Shown here: positions 24,815 through 64,000 of the stretch, piece by piece
Layout: each line of letters opens with the position of its first letter
Position numbering within the stretch: position 1 is the stretch's first letter
NCBI GenBank assembly: GCA_963693365.1
Contig: CAVNZM010000001.1
Location: 7,084,907-7,148,906, forward strand
Reading direction: 5' to 3'
DNA length: 64,000 nt
Source of the DNA: Amoebidium appalachense
Taxonomy: Eukaryota > Protista > Ichthyosporea
Translations under genes and position numbers: made by a program
Notes under the pieces: generated by a model
Seen by the model: only the letters and a program-made list of their open reading frames with translations
What the model was told of the DNA's origin: nothing
Database searches by the model: none

Positions 24815-25958
24815 ACATACCTGTAACGGGGCCCTGTGGAGCCGAGAGGTTGGAGGTTGGGCTTTGTGTTACTGTGCACCCCCCTCTCCCTCTCTCCCCC
24901 CCCCCCGTCCCCCACATTGTGCCCCAAGGAATAAGGGCTCTTCCCCTTTCCCCCCCTTCCCCACCCAACCAACCACATACATGTGCACCCTGTTTCGAAC
25001 CCTCCCCCCCCTCCCCCCTCCCCCCCCCCCCCCCCCCCCCGGGCTCCTGCCGGAGCACGTCGCAATGTATATTACCGCTTACTGTGTGTGCATTCAAGTG
25101 ATAACAGATGCATCTTTTTTTGTTGGTTTGGGGGGGGGGGGGGGGGGTTGCCTTGGACAGTATTTTCCACCCTGCCCCTCCCCCTCCCTCTCAGGCTGCC
25201 AGTCTATTCCCCTTCTAGTTTACCTCCTCTGAAAGGAAAGGCTAACCGCTCCCACCACTTAAACCCCCCCCCCTCCCCCCCGGGCCCCAAACATGACTCG
25301 TCAATTCAGGAAGGTATATCTCAGTCGCATATAAAACCGTGTCAGACTGCCACGTCTGCCCCTTGCGGATAATCACTTGAAATGATGAAAATATATAATC
25401 GAAATAAAAACGAACCCTCCCCCCTCCCCCCTACCCCCAACCCCTTCCCCCCACGCCGCACTGCCGCCAATGTTTTTACAAATTCCTCTTGCTGCAAACA
25501 CCTTTTTAACAACCATTTCCGAGTGTGAGTTTTTGCACACCTCACATCTATAGTCTTCTGTAAGTTTTTCATCCGATCAAGGTTTTAAGTATGCCCCCCC
25601 TCCCCCCCCCCCCCCCCCCCAGATCCACTTACACCCCAGAAATTATAAGCTAGAGGTGTCAAACAGTCCTCCCCCCCCCCCCCCCCCCCCACCTGCCCCT
25701 CCCCCCCTCCCCCCCCCCCCCCCCCTCCCCCACCCCCAACAACCCCCTACCCCACATATATTTATCATGCCGTGACACAGAACCACTGCCAGTTGCACAC
25801 ACACAAATCACACACGCGAATCAGGTTCATGAATACAGCCCTGGCAATTCAAAGAAAAATCATCATCAAAAAATCTTTTGGAACCCGCCCCCGCCCCCCG
25901 GCCCCCCTCCCCCTTTCTCATTCACTCCGTATTCCTGCCAGCATGGGCCCCTCCTCCG

Positions 25959-26030
<72 letters not shown>

Positions 26031-26681
26031 TGCTCATACCTCTCTTCTCTCCCCTGCATACCGTAAGGCCTTCCAGTCAACATTCACCCCAAGATACACG
26101 GCTCAACACTTTCATAGGTCACCCTGTCAGATTTAGCCCCTTCACCTCCTCCCCCTCACCCCCCCCCCCCCCCCCCCCCCCCCCCCACAAAAAAAAAAAA
26201 AAAAAGAAAGAAAGCACGGACAAACGCCACTACCGTCGCCACCACCACCACCACCACCAACGACCCTCATCTTTCGCCCCTGCCCCTTCTCCCCCCCCCC
26301 CCCTCCCCCCCCCCCCCCCCCCCCCTCCCCCCCAGCCCCCTCTCCCACCCCTCCCACACCACCTCCTTGCTCCGGTCTTGCAAACCCCACAAATACCCAC
26401 TTTATTGCCACCAAAACAGCACCAGTAAGATGATATCCTCAACGTGATATAAAAGAACAGGTGACCTGTCATTTAACAATTGAAAGATGTTCAAAGACCT
26501 CGCGTGCAAGAGTCTGGCATAACTCGGTCACGTGACTGTTCCACGTGGCAGTTGCTGCTGTGGGTGACAGGTGCCAATGCTCACTTATGCCTCCCATCCC
26601 TCTCTCTCTCTCTCTCTGTCTGTCTCTCTCTCTCTCTTTCTCTCTCCCTCTCCCTCCCTCCCTCCCTCCCTCCCTCTCTCC

Positions 26682-26739
<58 letters not shown>

Positions 26740-27412
26740 CCCCCTCCCCTTACCCATGTATGTGGCTGTGTACTGCGTCTCTCCCAGTCTCAGCCCTCCC
26801 CCAACCCCCTCCCCCCTGTCTGACTAATTTTTTCTTTTGTGTGTGTGCTTAGGTTGGGGGGGGGGGGGGGGGGGGGGGGGAGAGAGAGAGGGGGAGGGGC
26901 AGCAAACCAAAAAAAAAAAAAAAAAGAACAGCCCGTTATTGCTGGCCGACCAAGCAATATACCGAGTTTACCGGCTGATGGGCTCACTACGAGACAAATC
27001 CCAGGGCAGATATCAGACACCTGTCACTCTGTCATGTAAAATGTTTGTGAAATGTCACATTTGCAACAGTGCCTCGGCTAATTGTCCCAGTGATATATAC
27101 ATACATATACGTTCACGTCCGTAGCAGAGCTCTCATTTGTGATGTCCCCTCCTGCCAGAATTTTGGGTGTCGCTTCGAAATGGTTCCGTCTGTATGCAGA
27201 TTATTTCACACTGCACCCCTGCACTTCACCTGGTCAACCACTGAGTTAACGTTACCGCCTTCAAGGACCTTAAGGCACCTTTATCCGTCGCATACCAATA
27301 AATATATTTATAATATTTGCACCTGCTTTTACACAATGAACGTTTCTCCCTTTTCCCCCTTTTTACGTTTTTTCTGTCGTAGTAGGCGGTGTTGGCCTGT
27401 ACTTTCCCCAGT

Positions 27413-28275
27413 ATGGACTCCATTGGGGGTGGGGGTGGGGGTGGGCAGAACAACCCACCAACCTCTCTACCACCAATGGACAGGGACACCGCTTTAACCC
27501 TTTTCAAATTACTGCAAACACTCAGCCAGGATTCTCTCGCTAAATTTTCAGCGGAAACACTTTTCAACGAAGCTAAACAGGTCATCGGTTCCGACAAAAC
27601 AGCTTGCAGGGAAAGTGTTGAAAATGACTCGGTTGGTGGTGTGGGCGTCCGGGGACTGACGAAAGGAACAGCGTCAAGCACAGACCAAGAAAGCAGCGGC
27701 ACCAATTTGGATAACCTTGGGATAGACAACGAAAATTCGGCACCATGTGGCATAATTTCAAACGACTACTATTGCACAGGCTACTCTGACGATGTTGGCA
27801 GTTCAGGTTCGGACTCCGATTCGAAAGACTCTGCATCAGAGAGCGAATTGGAGGGTGGGGGAGGGCACGAAAACCCAACAGGAGAGATTTCAGAATCCCC
27901 CCCACCACTTGCAACCAGTCAACCCATCACCCTACGCGACCTAGCGCCCGAGTTTGCACGCGATTGGCCGATTTTTGCGCAAAATGAAGTTTTGGACCTC
28001 ACACTGAGCGGTGTGCAGCGGGGCCACTGGGCCCACTGTGTGCTTTGCCGCCTTCTGATTGGCTTACTCACCACCGACAAAACGAAAAGGGCGCCAGATG
28101 TCCCCAGCCAATGGGAGTCGTTTCCGGTGGCAGGAAAGCTCGATTTTGATTGGACGATAGATGATCCTCGCCCGGTGCTCAACCCTGCCTGTGGGAATGT
28201 CCAGGTGAGTGTACATGTTGGTGGAGTTGGGTCTGCTCGTGCGTGAGAGAGGAAAAAGGGGTGGGTGGGGTGGGG

Positions 28276-28310
<35 letters not shown>

Positions 28311-28327
28311 GTGGGTTTTTTTTTTTT

Positions 28328-28358
<31 letters not shown>

Positions 28359-28482
28359 GGGCAAGATTAGTGTTTTGTCGACGTCATTGTTGGTTTTTGA
28401 TTAACTGTAGCATCAATGTATAAGCCCGATATCACTCCTACTGATTGTGTATTATCTTTGTTTGACCTTTTTGTATTTTTAG

Positions 28483-28516
<34 letters not shown>

Positions 28517-30373
28517 CTAAAAAAAAAACAAAAAAAAAAACAAAAAAAAAACCCCCCCTTTCCTTTTTATTATTAGTTTTAGTCACAAAGTTTTCAGTAT
28601 AACACCGAATGTGTCGGGTCCATTTGATCAGTTTCCATCCCATCCCATCAGTCGTTATTATTGTACTGACAATCTCCCCCTTCCATCCGCCTTGCCCATT
28701 ACGTCAATCTCCCAACCCCAAACCCCCTACCCTCCTTCAACTCCTCCCCCCTCCCCCCCCCCCCCCAGACCCTGTCCCTCCCCGGGACCCCCCGCCCTCT
28801 CCCCCCTCTGGAACCCTCCCCCCCCCCCTCCCCCTCCCCCCCCCCCCCTTTTTTTTTCCCCTTTCAATTCACGAAGTGCCATTTTGTATTTAGCCCCCCC
28901 CCTCCCCCATCAACCCATCCCTTGTCCACCCACCCGTCCATTACAGTTGTCCCTCTCTCCCTTTATTAACCCTACCACACCTTCTCTCTTCCCTTCTTTT
29001 ATGTCCATATCATCCCAATACCCCACCTCTCCCCTCCCCTCCTCCCCCCCTTCCCCCCGGCTCCCTCTCCCTTTCCCTCCTCCCCCCCCCCTCCCCTCCC
29101 CCCTCCCTTCCCTCACCCCCTCCTTTCCCCTCCCTTCCTCCCCCAAACTTCCTGACCCGTCCCCCTTCCAATCCATCGCCCTATCACCCACACCATATGT
29201 CAAAACACAGGCCGGGAAAAGCGAGTAAATGCTGATTATGGCCTGGGTTTTCTTTCACTTCTACGGGTGCCTGCCCGTCATTTTCCTCAAGCAGTTGGGG
29301 GGTTTAAGCGCCTCCCAGCAGATCAGGGGGGATTTCGAGTCTTTCAACAACAAGCTGTGCCGCATGCTCAGAGAGCACGGGGAGGAGTGGGGGTGGCCTG
29401 TCTACAATGGGGCCTTGGATGACTTCGACTACTACATTAAACGTTTCCTCGTTCAAAGAGCACGACGTCATGGAGAACGTACCCAATCGGCAAGGAGGCG
29501 TCGTGGCTTTTGGCCAACCGGATGGCGGTCGTGTCCGTCGCAATGCCGTCCTGGTCGTGGTCAGCAACATCACGCATGTGGATCGAATTTTGGGTCACGT
29601 GCTTGGACCAGTCACGAGCGCACATGGACCAAAAATCGATCACACGGGCCAGGTGCGATTGCGGTGCATTGCGATCTGCGATGAGGATGACCGTAACATC
29701 ACCTCCAACGGCCAATCGGATCGCACGGAGCGCGGTTTCCATAGCAAACAGGAAGCAACGGGTGTGGACCTATATGGGAGCTTTTCAGGAATTCCCGGGT
29801 TGGATGGGATCGAATTTCCGGGGCTCAGGCAGTGTGTCTGTCAGTGTCTATGGGGCCGTGGGGGTCACGGCAACTCCAGCCCCCATCCTGGCGATGGAAT
29901 TTCTGGAAATTCGCCCTCACAAAATCGAAACAACGGATACCTACGTGGGGTACAGGGAGGGTTTGGACGGGTAACACCTGAGAGACGGTTACGAAATCCA
30001 ACCGCGAATTACGGGAAGTCGGGTTACGGCGACACGGGGAGCCAAAATACGGCACTATGAAGATGTGGTGTGGCCCCAGCTGGGCAACAAAACTATAAAC
30101 AAGGTGCGGGCCGAGCACGGGTTCAAACCGGGGAGGGTGACCCAGGCAGCCATGGGTGCTGTGGACTACTTGCACGTGGTCCGGCTGAGCGGGGTCCCTG
30201 TCTGCTTACGACAGAGACAGAGCGGTGCGTTACCTACCCCCCCCCCCCCCCCCTTTTGCCCCCTCACACCCGAGTCTCCCCCCCACCCCCTCTCCTTCCC
30301 CCGCCCGCCCCCCTCCCTTCCCCTCCCTTCTCATCCCCAATGGCCCCTCTCTCTCGTCCCCTCCTCCTCCCCC

Positions 30374-30411
<38 letters not shown>

Positions 30412-31325
30412 TCTGCCACCCTTCCAACACACACACATGCACATACACAAGCACAGTTCTCCCCTGCCCAACTGATCTCCACGTGTTTTTGACAACCGCC
30501 CTCCCTCCCTCCCTTCACCCTCCCCCCCCCCTCTCCCCCCCTCCCCAGCGCCTCCCCTCTTCCTCTATGCATGTATATACGTGTGGTCACATGACCCATT
30601 ACACCCACCACCCCCTCCCCTGGCCCCTCTCCCCGATTGCAGAGTTCTCCAAAATCCCCACCCTCTTCCTTGCCCTACAAGTACTTGTAGCCAAAATGAA
30701 CTCCTAGATCTTAAAAATTTGTGAAAATTGCCTGCACCTCTCATTCAATCCCCCCCCCCCTCCCCCCCCCCCTCCCTCCCCCCCCCCCCCCCTCCCAAAA
30801 AAAATAAAAAATTACTGAACGGTCATATGCGAAACTCTCTCCCCTTCTCCTCTCCCCTCCCCTCTCCCACTTACACACCCACCCACCAACCTCATGCAGC
30901 CTCTCCAGTCTTATTGAACCTGTCACACCTTCTACCCCCCTCAGGGCCTGGAGGAGGCACTCTATGACGTCACCAGTCTGGAAGACACCAGTCCCTTCCG
31001 CCACCTTCTAGCCATCACCGAGCAGAGCAAACAGCTCAAGGGGCAGACCGAGCTCGTTGCCGCAATTCTGGACAAGTGGGTGGCACCGTCACGTGACCGG
31101 CGTCCAACCATGTGTGCTCTTTGGCGTCATGACCGCCTATATTTCTACACCCCCTTCGATTCTAGCCAATGGTTGAAGGGGGTTTCTGGTGTCGTGGGGC
31201 TGGAAACAAACGTGGATGGGGTGCATGGGTACCAGCTGAAGGGTGAATCGGCAAACTCCGGGGCTATATTGGATGTCATCTGGTCCCAGGTGCGTATTAA
31301 TATGCTCCCCCGGGCAATATGAGTT

Positions 31326-31363
<38 letters not shown>

Positions 31364-31979
31364 AAACCCCCCTCCGTCCCCCCCTGCCGCACCCTCGTTT
31401 CCTGAACCCCGCTCTCCCATCAACCCTACTCTCCTCTCCTCCCCTTTTCACTCCTAATTCAGGGGCCTCTAGTGAACCACATTACGCCACTACCGTTGAG
31501 CCTATCATGCTCGCCTCGTTTTTCACCCCCAATTTTCCTAAACAAAGCATTTTGACGATGATCTTTTTTTTATCCAACACACCCCATCACCCTTCCAAAG
31601 CAACCCCCAACCCAGAAACCCACCAACATACCTACATCCCACTCCGCTACAGGTCGATGCAGCGGTGCCCGTAGCCCAACACTGGCGCCTTGTGACCGTT
31701 GCAGGGGAGTTATTTGGCCGGGGCACCAAAGCAAAACCCCAGCATGGCCGAAACAACAGCAGAGGCTACCTCACAGACGAATATGTGGGCCAGAGTTTGT
31801 GTCTGGGCCGTGCCGGTGGCCCGCATGCCGAGATGTTGATGCAGGCTGCAGGCAGGCTGTGTGGTGTCATAACAGACCCTGCACAGCTCCACACACCCCC
31901 AACCCTATGGTACGTTGACACTCCCCCCTCCCCCCTCCCCCCCTCCCCCCCTCCCCCCGTTCTCCCCCCCTCCCCATCC

Positions 31980-32010
<31 letters not shown>

Positions 32011-34046
32011 AGCCCTCGATCTTCCTAATGGGCAGACCCCCCCCCCCCCCCCCCCCCCCCCCCCCGCCCAACCCCCCTCCACCCCCCCCCCCCCCTCCCC
32101 TCCCCTTCGGCAGCCACCGCCGTCACAGCCGTCCACTCCTCCCCTCTCCCCTCCTCCCCAACTTAAAAATTTTCAAAACCACCCTATACCCCCCTCCCTC
32201 CCACTCCCCCCCCCCCCCCCCCCCCCCTCCTCCCCTCCCCCCTTCCCTTAATTAATGCCCTCTTCTCAGAACCCTGCCCTGCCGTAATATCCCCCAGCCC
32301 TCACACGAACTTCTCCCTTCAACCTTCCTCCCCTCCCCCCTCCCCCCCCCCCCCCCCCCAAAAAAAAAAAGGCTCCCCCTTCCCCCCCCTCAATCCCTTC
32401 CTTAGTCAATTCTCACACACACAGGACTCATCCCCCCCTCCCCACCCACCCAACATTTCCCTCCCCCTCCCCCCCTTGGAATCCATGCCCCCCCCTTCCC
32501 CCGCCTCCTTCCCAGGCACCTCTGTTGTTAACTGAACTCTTTCTTGCTCGAAGCTCCCCCCCCCCTTCCCCCCACGTATTGCCACCCTGTCTGCATCAAG
32601 TTCCAATCACCCATGGATACTCAGTAGGCTAATACAGGGCACGCAAAGACAACTCACTTTTTTATTTTTATTTTTATTTTTATTTTTATTTTTTATTTAT
32701 TTTTTTTTGGGGGGGGGGAGGGGGGGGGAGGGGGGAGGGGTATGTGATACCATCAACAAGCACTTAAATAGCGTAACCCCCCCCAGGGCATCGGAAACTG
32801 TTCATCTCATGCACGCCCTTGCTCTCCGCCTGAACGCCATTATGATCGAGGCGAAAATTCAATCTTCCGCTGCCCCCCTTGTCGAACTTCTGGCAGAAAC
32901 AATCACCAGCGGTCCAGGTGATGCCAGCCACGTGGGTGCACACTTCAGAGACATCAAGCGCACCACCGCCATAGGCCGCAAACAGGTTGGGACTCTGAAA
33001 ATTACGCGCAATCGCATTCATCGCCAAGTGTTCCAACCAATTGGTGACGAGCTCAAGCGGCGTGCCGGTGACGATTTGCCTGGGGTTGAAATCACCAAAC
33101 GGCTCCGCCTAGACCCCACCAAGCCACCTCCACCCATCGTCACGTCCTTCCTAATTGATGAAACCACCCGCGAACGCCCAAATCCCAAACCCCCCTCTCA
33201 GGTTTTGGCTTCCAAATTGGTTAACGAAAACTTCTCGAAACGCATAGAGAATCGGCAAACAGCAACGGGGTGATGTCGGATGGGGACGGTGTGGCTCGAG
33301 ACGCCTTGCATGTGCTCTGTGGCTTCGGCTGATTCGCGATCGAAGAAAACGACCTCCTTTCACGGTTGGCGGACCCGGACCAAGACACGGAGCTGTTTGA
33401 AGCGTCGCGGGATGACGTCATGGACCGTCTTCAATTGGCTACAAGTCACGGCTTTCCGGAGGACTTTTTCCATACAGCGTGCAAAGATGTGCGTCACGAA
33501 CTGCGAAATTTCCATGTGACGGAACATGGTGACCCCGGGGAGGAGGATGGTGTCTCGTTGGGCATACCGGAGGTGCTGGTAAAGGCGATGGCGACGGAAT
33601 CGAAGAAACGGATTGCAAGGGCAATAAGCGGACGCAAAAACCGAAAACAGCCCATTTTTCGCGCAAACCCCCCCCCAACCACCCATTTCAGACCAAAGGC
33701 GTATGTACTGCCAAGAGCTGGTGCACGATCTTCGCCAGTTGGCTATGTTGCCGGCGGAGAGGTGGCGAGAATATCAGTACACGGTGGGCAAAAATGACGA
33801 AACATTCGGGCGGCTGGCTGCGAGATTATTGAGGATGTGCAAGTGTACAAGGTGGCTCACCTAGTGCCCGAGTTGGCATGGAGTACGCGGCTACTTACCG
33901 AATTGCGGCTGGGTGACATGAATGGAGAATTTGGGCAGACGGGGTTGCGGTCATACCGGGCTGTGATATCCCATGGACCCCACTTGGTGAGATCTGGTCA
34001 CCGGGGAAAATATGCATTGCACCCGGATATCGCCAATTTTCTGTGA
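27413..34046 (+). pseudogene. Intron-containing, disrupted SF2 helicase-like ATPase with motifs resembling Z1-domain-associated helicases
   Basis: Exons at about 27413-28204, 29211-30224, 30945-31289, 31653-31909 and 32787-34046. Splicing creates Walker A GNVQ|AGKS. Also present: Walker B CIAICDEDD, motif III GVTATP followed by TYVGY, motif V-like VAGELFGRG and motif VI-like EMLMQAAGRLCG. There is an in-frame TAA at 29226 and several frameshifts (about 29440, 29760, 30000-30190, 33270-33360, 33790). Confidence 0.75.
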
Positions 34047-34118
34047 ATCGCTGGGGCATTCTATCACTATTACGGGAGAGGGGGAGGGGGTGGGGGTCGA
34101 GTGGGGGTGGGGGTGGGG

Positions 34119-34149
<31 letters not shown>

Positions 34150-34383
34150 GGGGGGGGAGGGTGGGTGGGTGGGTGGGTTGGGGGTGGGTAAGTGAGAGTT
34201 TGGAATTGTTTAAGTTATTGTCAAAGGGATACCAGGAGGGGGGGTTTCGTTTGAGGAATTGACGGGGGGGGGGGGGTTTGGAGCAGAAAATTTGGGGGAA
34301 GAGGGGTTAGGGGGGGGGGGGGGGGGAGGGAGGGGGTGGCCATCAGGCTAAGTGGGTTGTTCAAGCGGAGTGTACCCGGGTGG

Positions 34384-34416
<33 letters not shown>

Positions 34417-34715
34417 GGGGGGGGGGGGAGGGGGGAGGGGGGAGGGGGGAGGATGGGGGTTGGGGGAGGGGGTGGGGGGAGGGGGGTGGGGGGGGGGGGG
34501 TGGGGGAGGATCCGGAAGGGTCAGTGGAGGGTTGGATTCTGATCATAATGTTTATTGTTGGCTACAACTAGCAACTGAAGTGGATGCAGTGTCGAGTGTT
34601 TACAAGGTGGTGTACTGACAAGCACACAGTTTTTTTTTTTTTTTTTTTTTTTTCTTTCAAAAAAGAGGCTTCCCTTCTTTTTCTTTTTCTTTCTTTCTTT
34701 CTTTTTTCTTTCTTT

Positions 34716-34746
<31 letters not shown>

Positions 34747-34751
34747 GGGGA

Positions 34752-34790
<39 letters not shown>

Positions 34791-34940
34791 GTTTGAGTTG
34801 AAGTAACTGTTGGCTTGGGGTTAGAAATATTTTTTGGAGTGGGGGGCTGGGGGTGGTGGGGGGGGGGAGGGGGAGGAGGAGGGGCTCGGAGGGGGGAGGA
34901 GGGCCTGGGGGAGGGGGGTTGGAGAGAGAGAGATAGATAG

Positions 34941-35032
<92 letters not shown>

Positions 35033-35422
35033 GGCGGTGGCAGCCAGTTGCCAAAAGTATTGCATTTGCGGCCGAAATTTCAAACAAAAAATCGGTCCTG
35101 CTAGATATACCAATAATATCCTTAAGGTCTCAGAATATATACCACATATGTGTCTCCCAATTGAAATATTCGCCTTTCCTGTAACAGGTGTGCATGACCT
35201 TTCACCCCCCTCCCCACTGGCGGGTGCCCACGGTCAAAAAAAAAACGGGTGTGTACGGTCAAAAAAAAAAAAAAAAAAAAAGCGGTTGGGGAGCATCGAT
35301 TTTGGGGCTATGTTCAGTATGCACGGCAGGGGAAGTATTTGCGAGATCATAATGTGGGTTGTTTGTGTGCTGGCAAGTATGCTCGTGTGTGTGTGTGACG
35401 TGCATGAGCCCCCCCCCCCTCT

Positions 35423-35461
<39 letters not shown>

Positions 35462-35503
35462 GTGTATGTATATGTGTGTGCGTGTGCGTACATGTGTGTG
35501 TTT

Positions 35504-35565
<62 letters not shown>

Positions 35566-35615
35566 TGCTCTTTGTGTGAGCGTGTACGTGCATGTGCGCG
35601 TTGTGTGCGTGTGCG

Positions 35616-35650
<35 letters not shown>

Positions 35651-35806
35651 CGCGCGTGTGTGTGTGTGCATGCGCATGCGTGCATATATATACGCGCATG
35701 CGTGCGTATGTACTAAGGTGATTATTATTCGTTTCCCCTTAAGTACCAAAAAAAAGTGAAGATGCAGCACCACTAACTAACGGGAGGCTTAAGCTTATTC
35801 CCCCCC

Positions 35807-35845
<39 letters not shown>

Positions 35846-36660
35846 TCCCCCTCCCTTCCCCTAGCCTTGTCCTTCCCTTCTCCCTGCCCCTCGTGCGACA
35901 ACGGCATTGTGGGTATGGAGAAAAAGCGAGGGGGGGCAGGGAGAAGGGATGAGCGCGTGCGGGGGGGGGGGGAGGGGGGGGGGGGGAGGGGGTGTTGGCA
36001 CAGTCACAAATGGTTTGCAGCGCAAGAACAACATCCGCGCAATGCATAAAGGCGAGGGGAGGGAGGAGGATTGATGCGCAGACCTGACTGCTCAGAGAAC
36101 ACAGGCAAAGATCTCGCCGTGTATAAAAAACGAAGAGGGGTTTTGAAAACAAAGACAATGGAAGCAGCCAATACATGGGCTCGACAGGCAACGTAAACCA
36201 GAAGCCGGCTAGGGCAGGCAGGCATGCAGGAGACGGTGTAGGAGCGAGCGGGACCAGATGATGTTAGTGCTGGGTCGTAAAGAAATAATACGGAACTTTG
36301 CACGACGATGGCATGGCTAGGAGCGGCTATAGGTGAAGCGGAACACGAGGGGGAACGGCTCAACGTGGCAGGGGAAAAAAAAGGGGAGGATACAAAGAAC
36401 GGAGGTTGGTTGATGATCTCGTTGTGAACATGCAAAGGACATCAACCATTAATCATAGGTCGTTAAGTGGTTTTTGTAGCTTTATTATAGAACCAAATCG
36501 CTCAAAATCTTACGCCACTACAAAAAATGGGCATCCTTTAATTGGCTAAATGCTGGTTTGCTCTTTGGCTTCCCCAGGATTACCCGGCTGGGATGCGCAC
36601 ATGGCCCCAAGTCACGCAAACTTTCGAAGGAGCCAGCCATCATGGCAATGCTACTGGCGG

Positions 36661-36771
36661 AAAAAGGAGCAGAAGCAAATGATTGCACTAGTCCCTAACA
36701 CTCCGTTTGTTTCCAGAAAAAGGAGCAGAGGCAAATGATTGCACTACCCCTAACGCACCGTTTGTTTCCAG
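36661..36771. repeat. Tandem ~56-bp duplication
   Basis: AAAAAGGAGCAGArGCAAATGATTGCACTA..CCCTAAC..CCGTTTGTTTCCAG at 36661 and 36717. Confidence 0.9.
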
Positions 36772-38287
36772 GGTATTCCTAAAAACTCTCTCGTGACGGA
36801 CCTCGGAAGCCACTCCTCAAATCTATACTTGAACATCGATTGAGGACAAGGCTTTAAATTTGCCCAGGCTGGTAGCCTGGCAGAGCCCGACGGCGTTCCG
36901 GCAGTGCGTGCCGGAGCAGTGATCGAGTGGAATACCTAGCTAGGACTATAGCACCATCCAGTAGTATTGTGAGGTCAAATTCCGATGTGTTCTTAAACCT
37001 AAATAGGGGTTAAAAACGGCCTGATCGTACACTTTGGTTCTTTTTTTAACAGGCATATAATTATTATAATAAGCTGTTTAAAGGCGCATTAATTTTGAAC
37101 CAGAGATACTTTTATCTGGTGGCTTTCCCGCCGAACATTCCTTACGATCCAATTAGAATCCGACTTCGAATGGCACATCTGTACACGCGATAGTATTCGA
37201 GGTCTCTGGATCTCCACGGATCGCAAGCCGATTCAATCGCGTATAAGCCACACCATAAGTATAGTGCACTTGAATACGTACAAATACACAAACTATTACA
37301 CAGTATATACAGCTTGGGGCTGATAGGCTGAAGGACTGTGCAAGGTAATAAGACATATGGTGCCTTTATACTTATTTGCTTTTATACATTTTGCGAATTC
37401 CAGAGTGGCTGCGGATCGGCGATATCGGTTACCTGTTTGTGACAATGGACTCAGGCACGGTGACTATGTTCTGTTGTTTGTGAAGGGGATTTTGACGTGG
37501 GGAAGTTCAAAGTTGTCCTATCAATGGGAACGCCAAAAGCATCTATCTCGTCACCAGCAGTGCCAGAAGTATACTCGGGGTCCTTAGGGGATTTTTTCTT
37601 TCTAGTTTGCAGGTGCGTTTAGGAGCCACACGTCCACCTCATTTTATGATTCCTGTGACGGGACACGTGGATTATTGTAGGTTCAAAGGATTTCAAGGAG
37701 GTTTGAGCCTCTTTCAGGGTTTTCAGGGGAGCTACATACAGCCCTCGAAGCCAGCGCGGTGGTTTCTAGGTTTACCTTTGCTCGAGACAGCTTTAACCCC
37801 CAAGTGAGGTAGCACCAGGATGGAATCAGTTCGAACAAGCTAGGGCTCGAGGCACTAAGAAGGGGAAGCAGGACATTCCTATGCGCCGTTTATGCGCCAA
37901 AAATTCCTCTTTCCCCCACCCTTTTTTTCCACCTTTTCCCCCTCGAAAGATAGATTATTTTATACCGGGTGGGAGTTGGTGAGAAAGTATTTAGTTCAAT
38001 CATACATGCTGTGACCCGGAGAGAGAGAGCCCCAGTGGTGGCGTGGAGGTGCCTTTACGGCTTTTCAAACCCTTACGAGGCAGGGCCACTCAAACTTTAC
38101 GGAGAAAAGTGCAGTTGAGACAGCGCTAATGGGTCCGCAAACATGACATTAGGTAAGCTGCATCGTAACTGTGGCGTCAGTGATTCACTGTGCACTAGCA
38201 TTTTTTTTTTTTTTTTTTTTTTTTTTCCCCTCCCGCTGTGCGACACCATCACGCCTGCTTGAGTATGCACGTGTGTACATAGTGGTC

Positions 38288-63668
<25,381 letters not shown>

Positions 63669-63781
63669 GTTGGTAGTTTACTGCTTGCAAAGGCAACCCC
63701 CCCCCCCCCCCCCCCTCCCCTCCCTCCCAACACACACATACACAAACACACATCCACACGCACGCACCCAAAAGCACAATC

Positions 63782-63814
<33 letters not shown>

Positions 63815-64000
63815 CCCCTTTTGTAGATGGAAGAGTCGCAACGTGTTGCTTGGATGTTTTGGTTTTCGGTTCTTGTGCTTCTGTCACTTTCTGCTTTTTT
63901 GGCGCCAACCTGAGCCTCCGAGCTGACTCCGGACTCCTGAGGCAACACCCGGTCACACACAAAACACAAATGCTCCGCCCACACAACCGCTTCACACACC

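Noticed and set aside
37153-37800. Short minus-strand protein-like fragments
   Set aside because: No consistent exon chain or recognisable motif.

Overview
Eukaryotic DNA, probably from a protist or alga (taxon not determinable here). It is extremely rich in poly-C/poly-G and (CA)n/(CT)n tracts, so most ORFs in the supplied track are low-complexity artefacts. Two spliced host genes can be rebuilt by hand with phase-consistent exons. One is the 3' end of a probable AMPK/MARK-type (CAMKL) kinase (UBA domain plus tail, 281-11058, +). The other is a ~30-exon membrane sensor histidine kinase (TM, Cache-like, TM, HAMP, PAS, HisKA, HATPase; 38288 to the window end, +). A kinase intron holds a Penelope-like reverse transcriptase ORF with no endonuclease (1555-3126), sitting in a poly-C tract and followed by structured RNA-like repeats. 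The 3' part of those repeats recurs across the window as 5'-truncated, same-strand copies that end at a fixed point abutting poly-C. The two longest copies share a covarying pseudoknot-like fold. The gene-poor middle holds an intron-containing but disrupted SF2 helicase-like gene with Z1-type motifs (27413-34046), an unknown ORF, a decayed ORF and several short repeat arrays. A 688-bp TIR element with an AT target duplication lies in a histidine kinase intron. All calls are by-eye; no database search was run.
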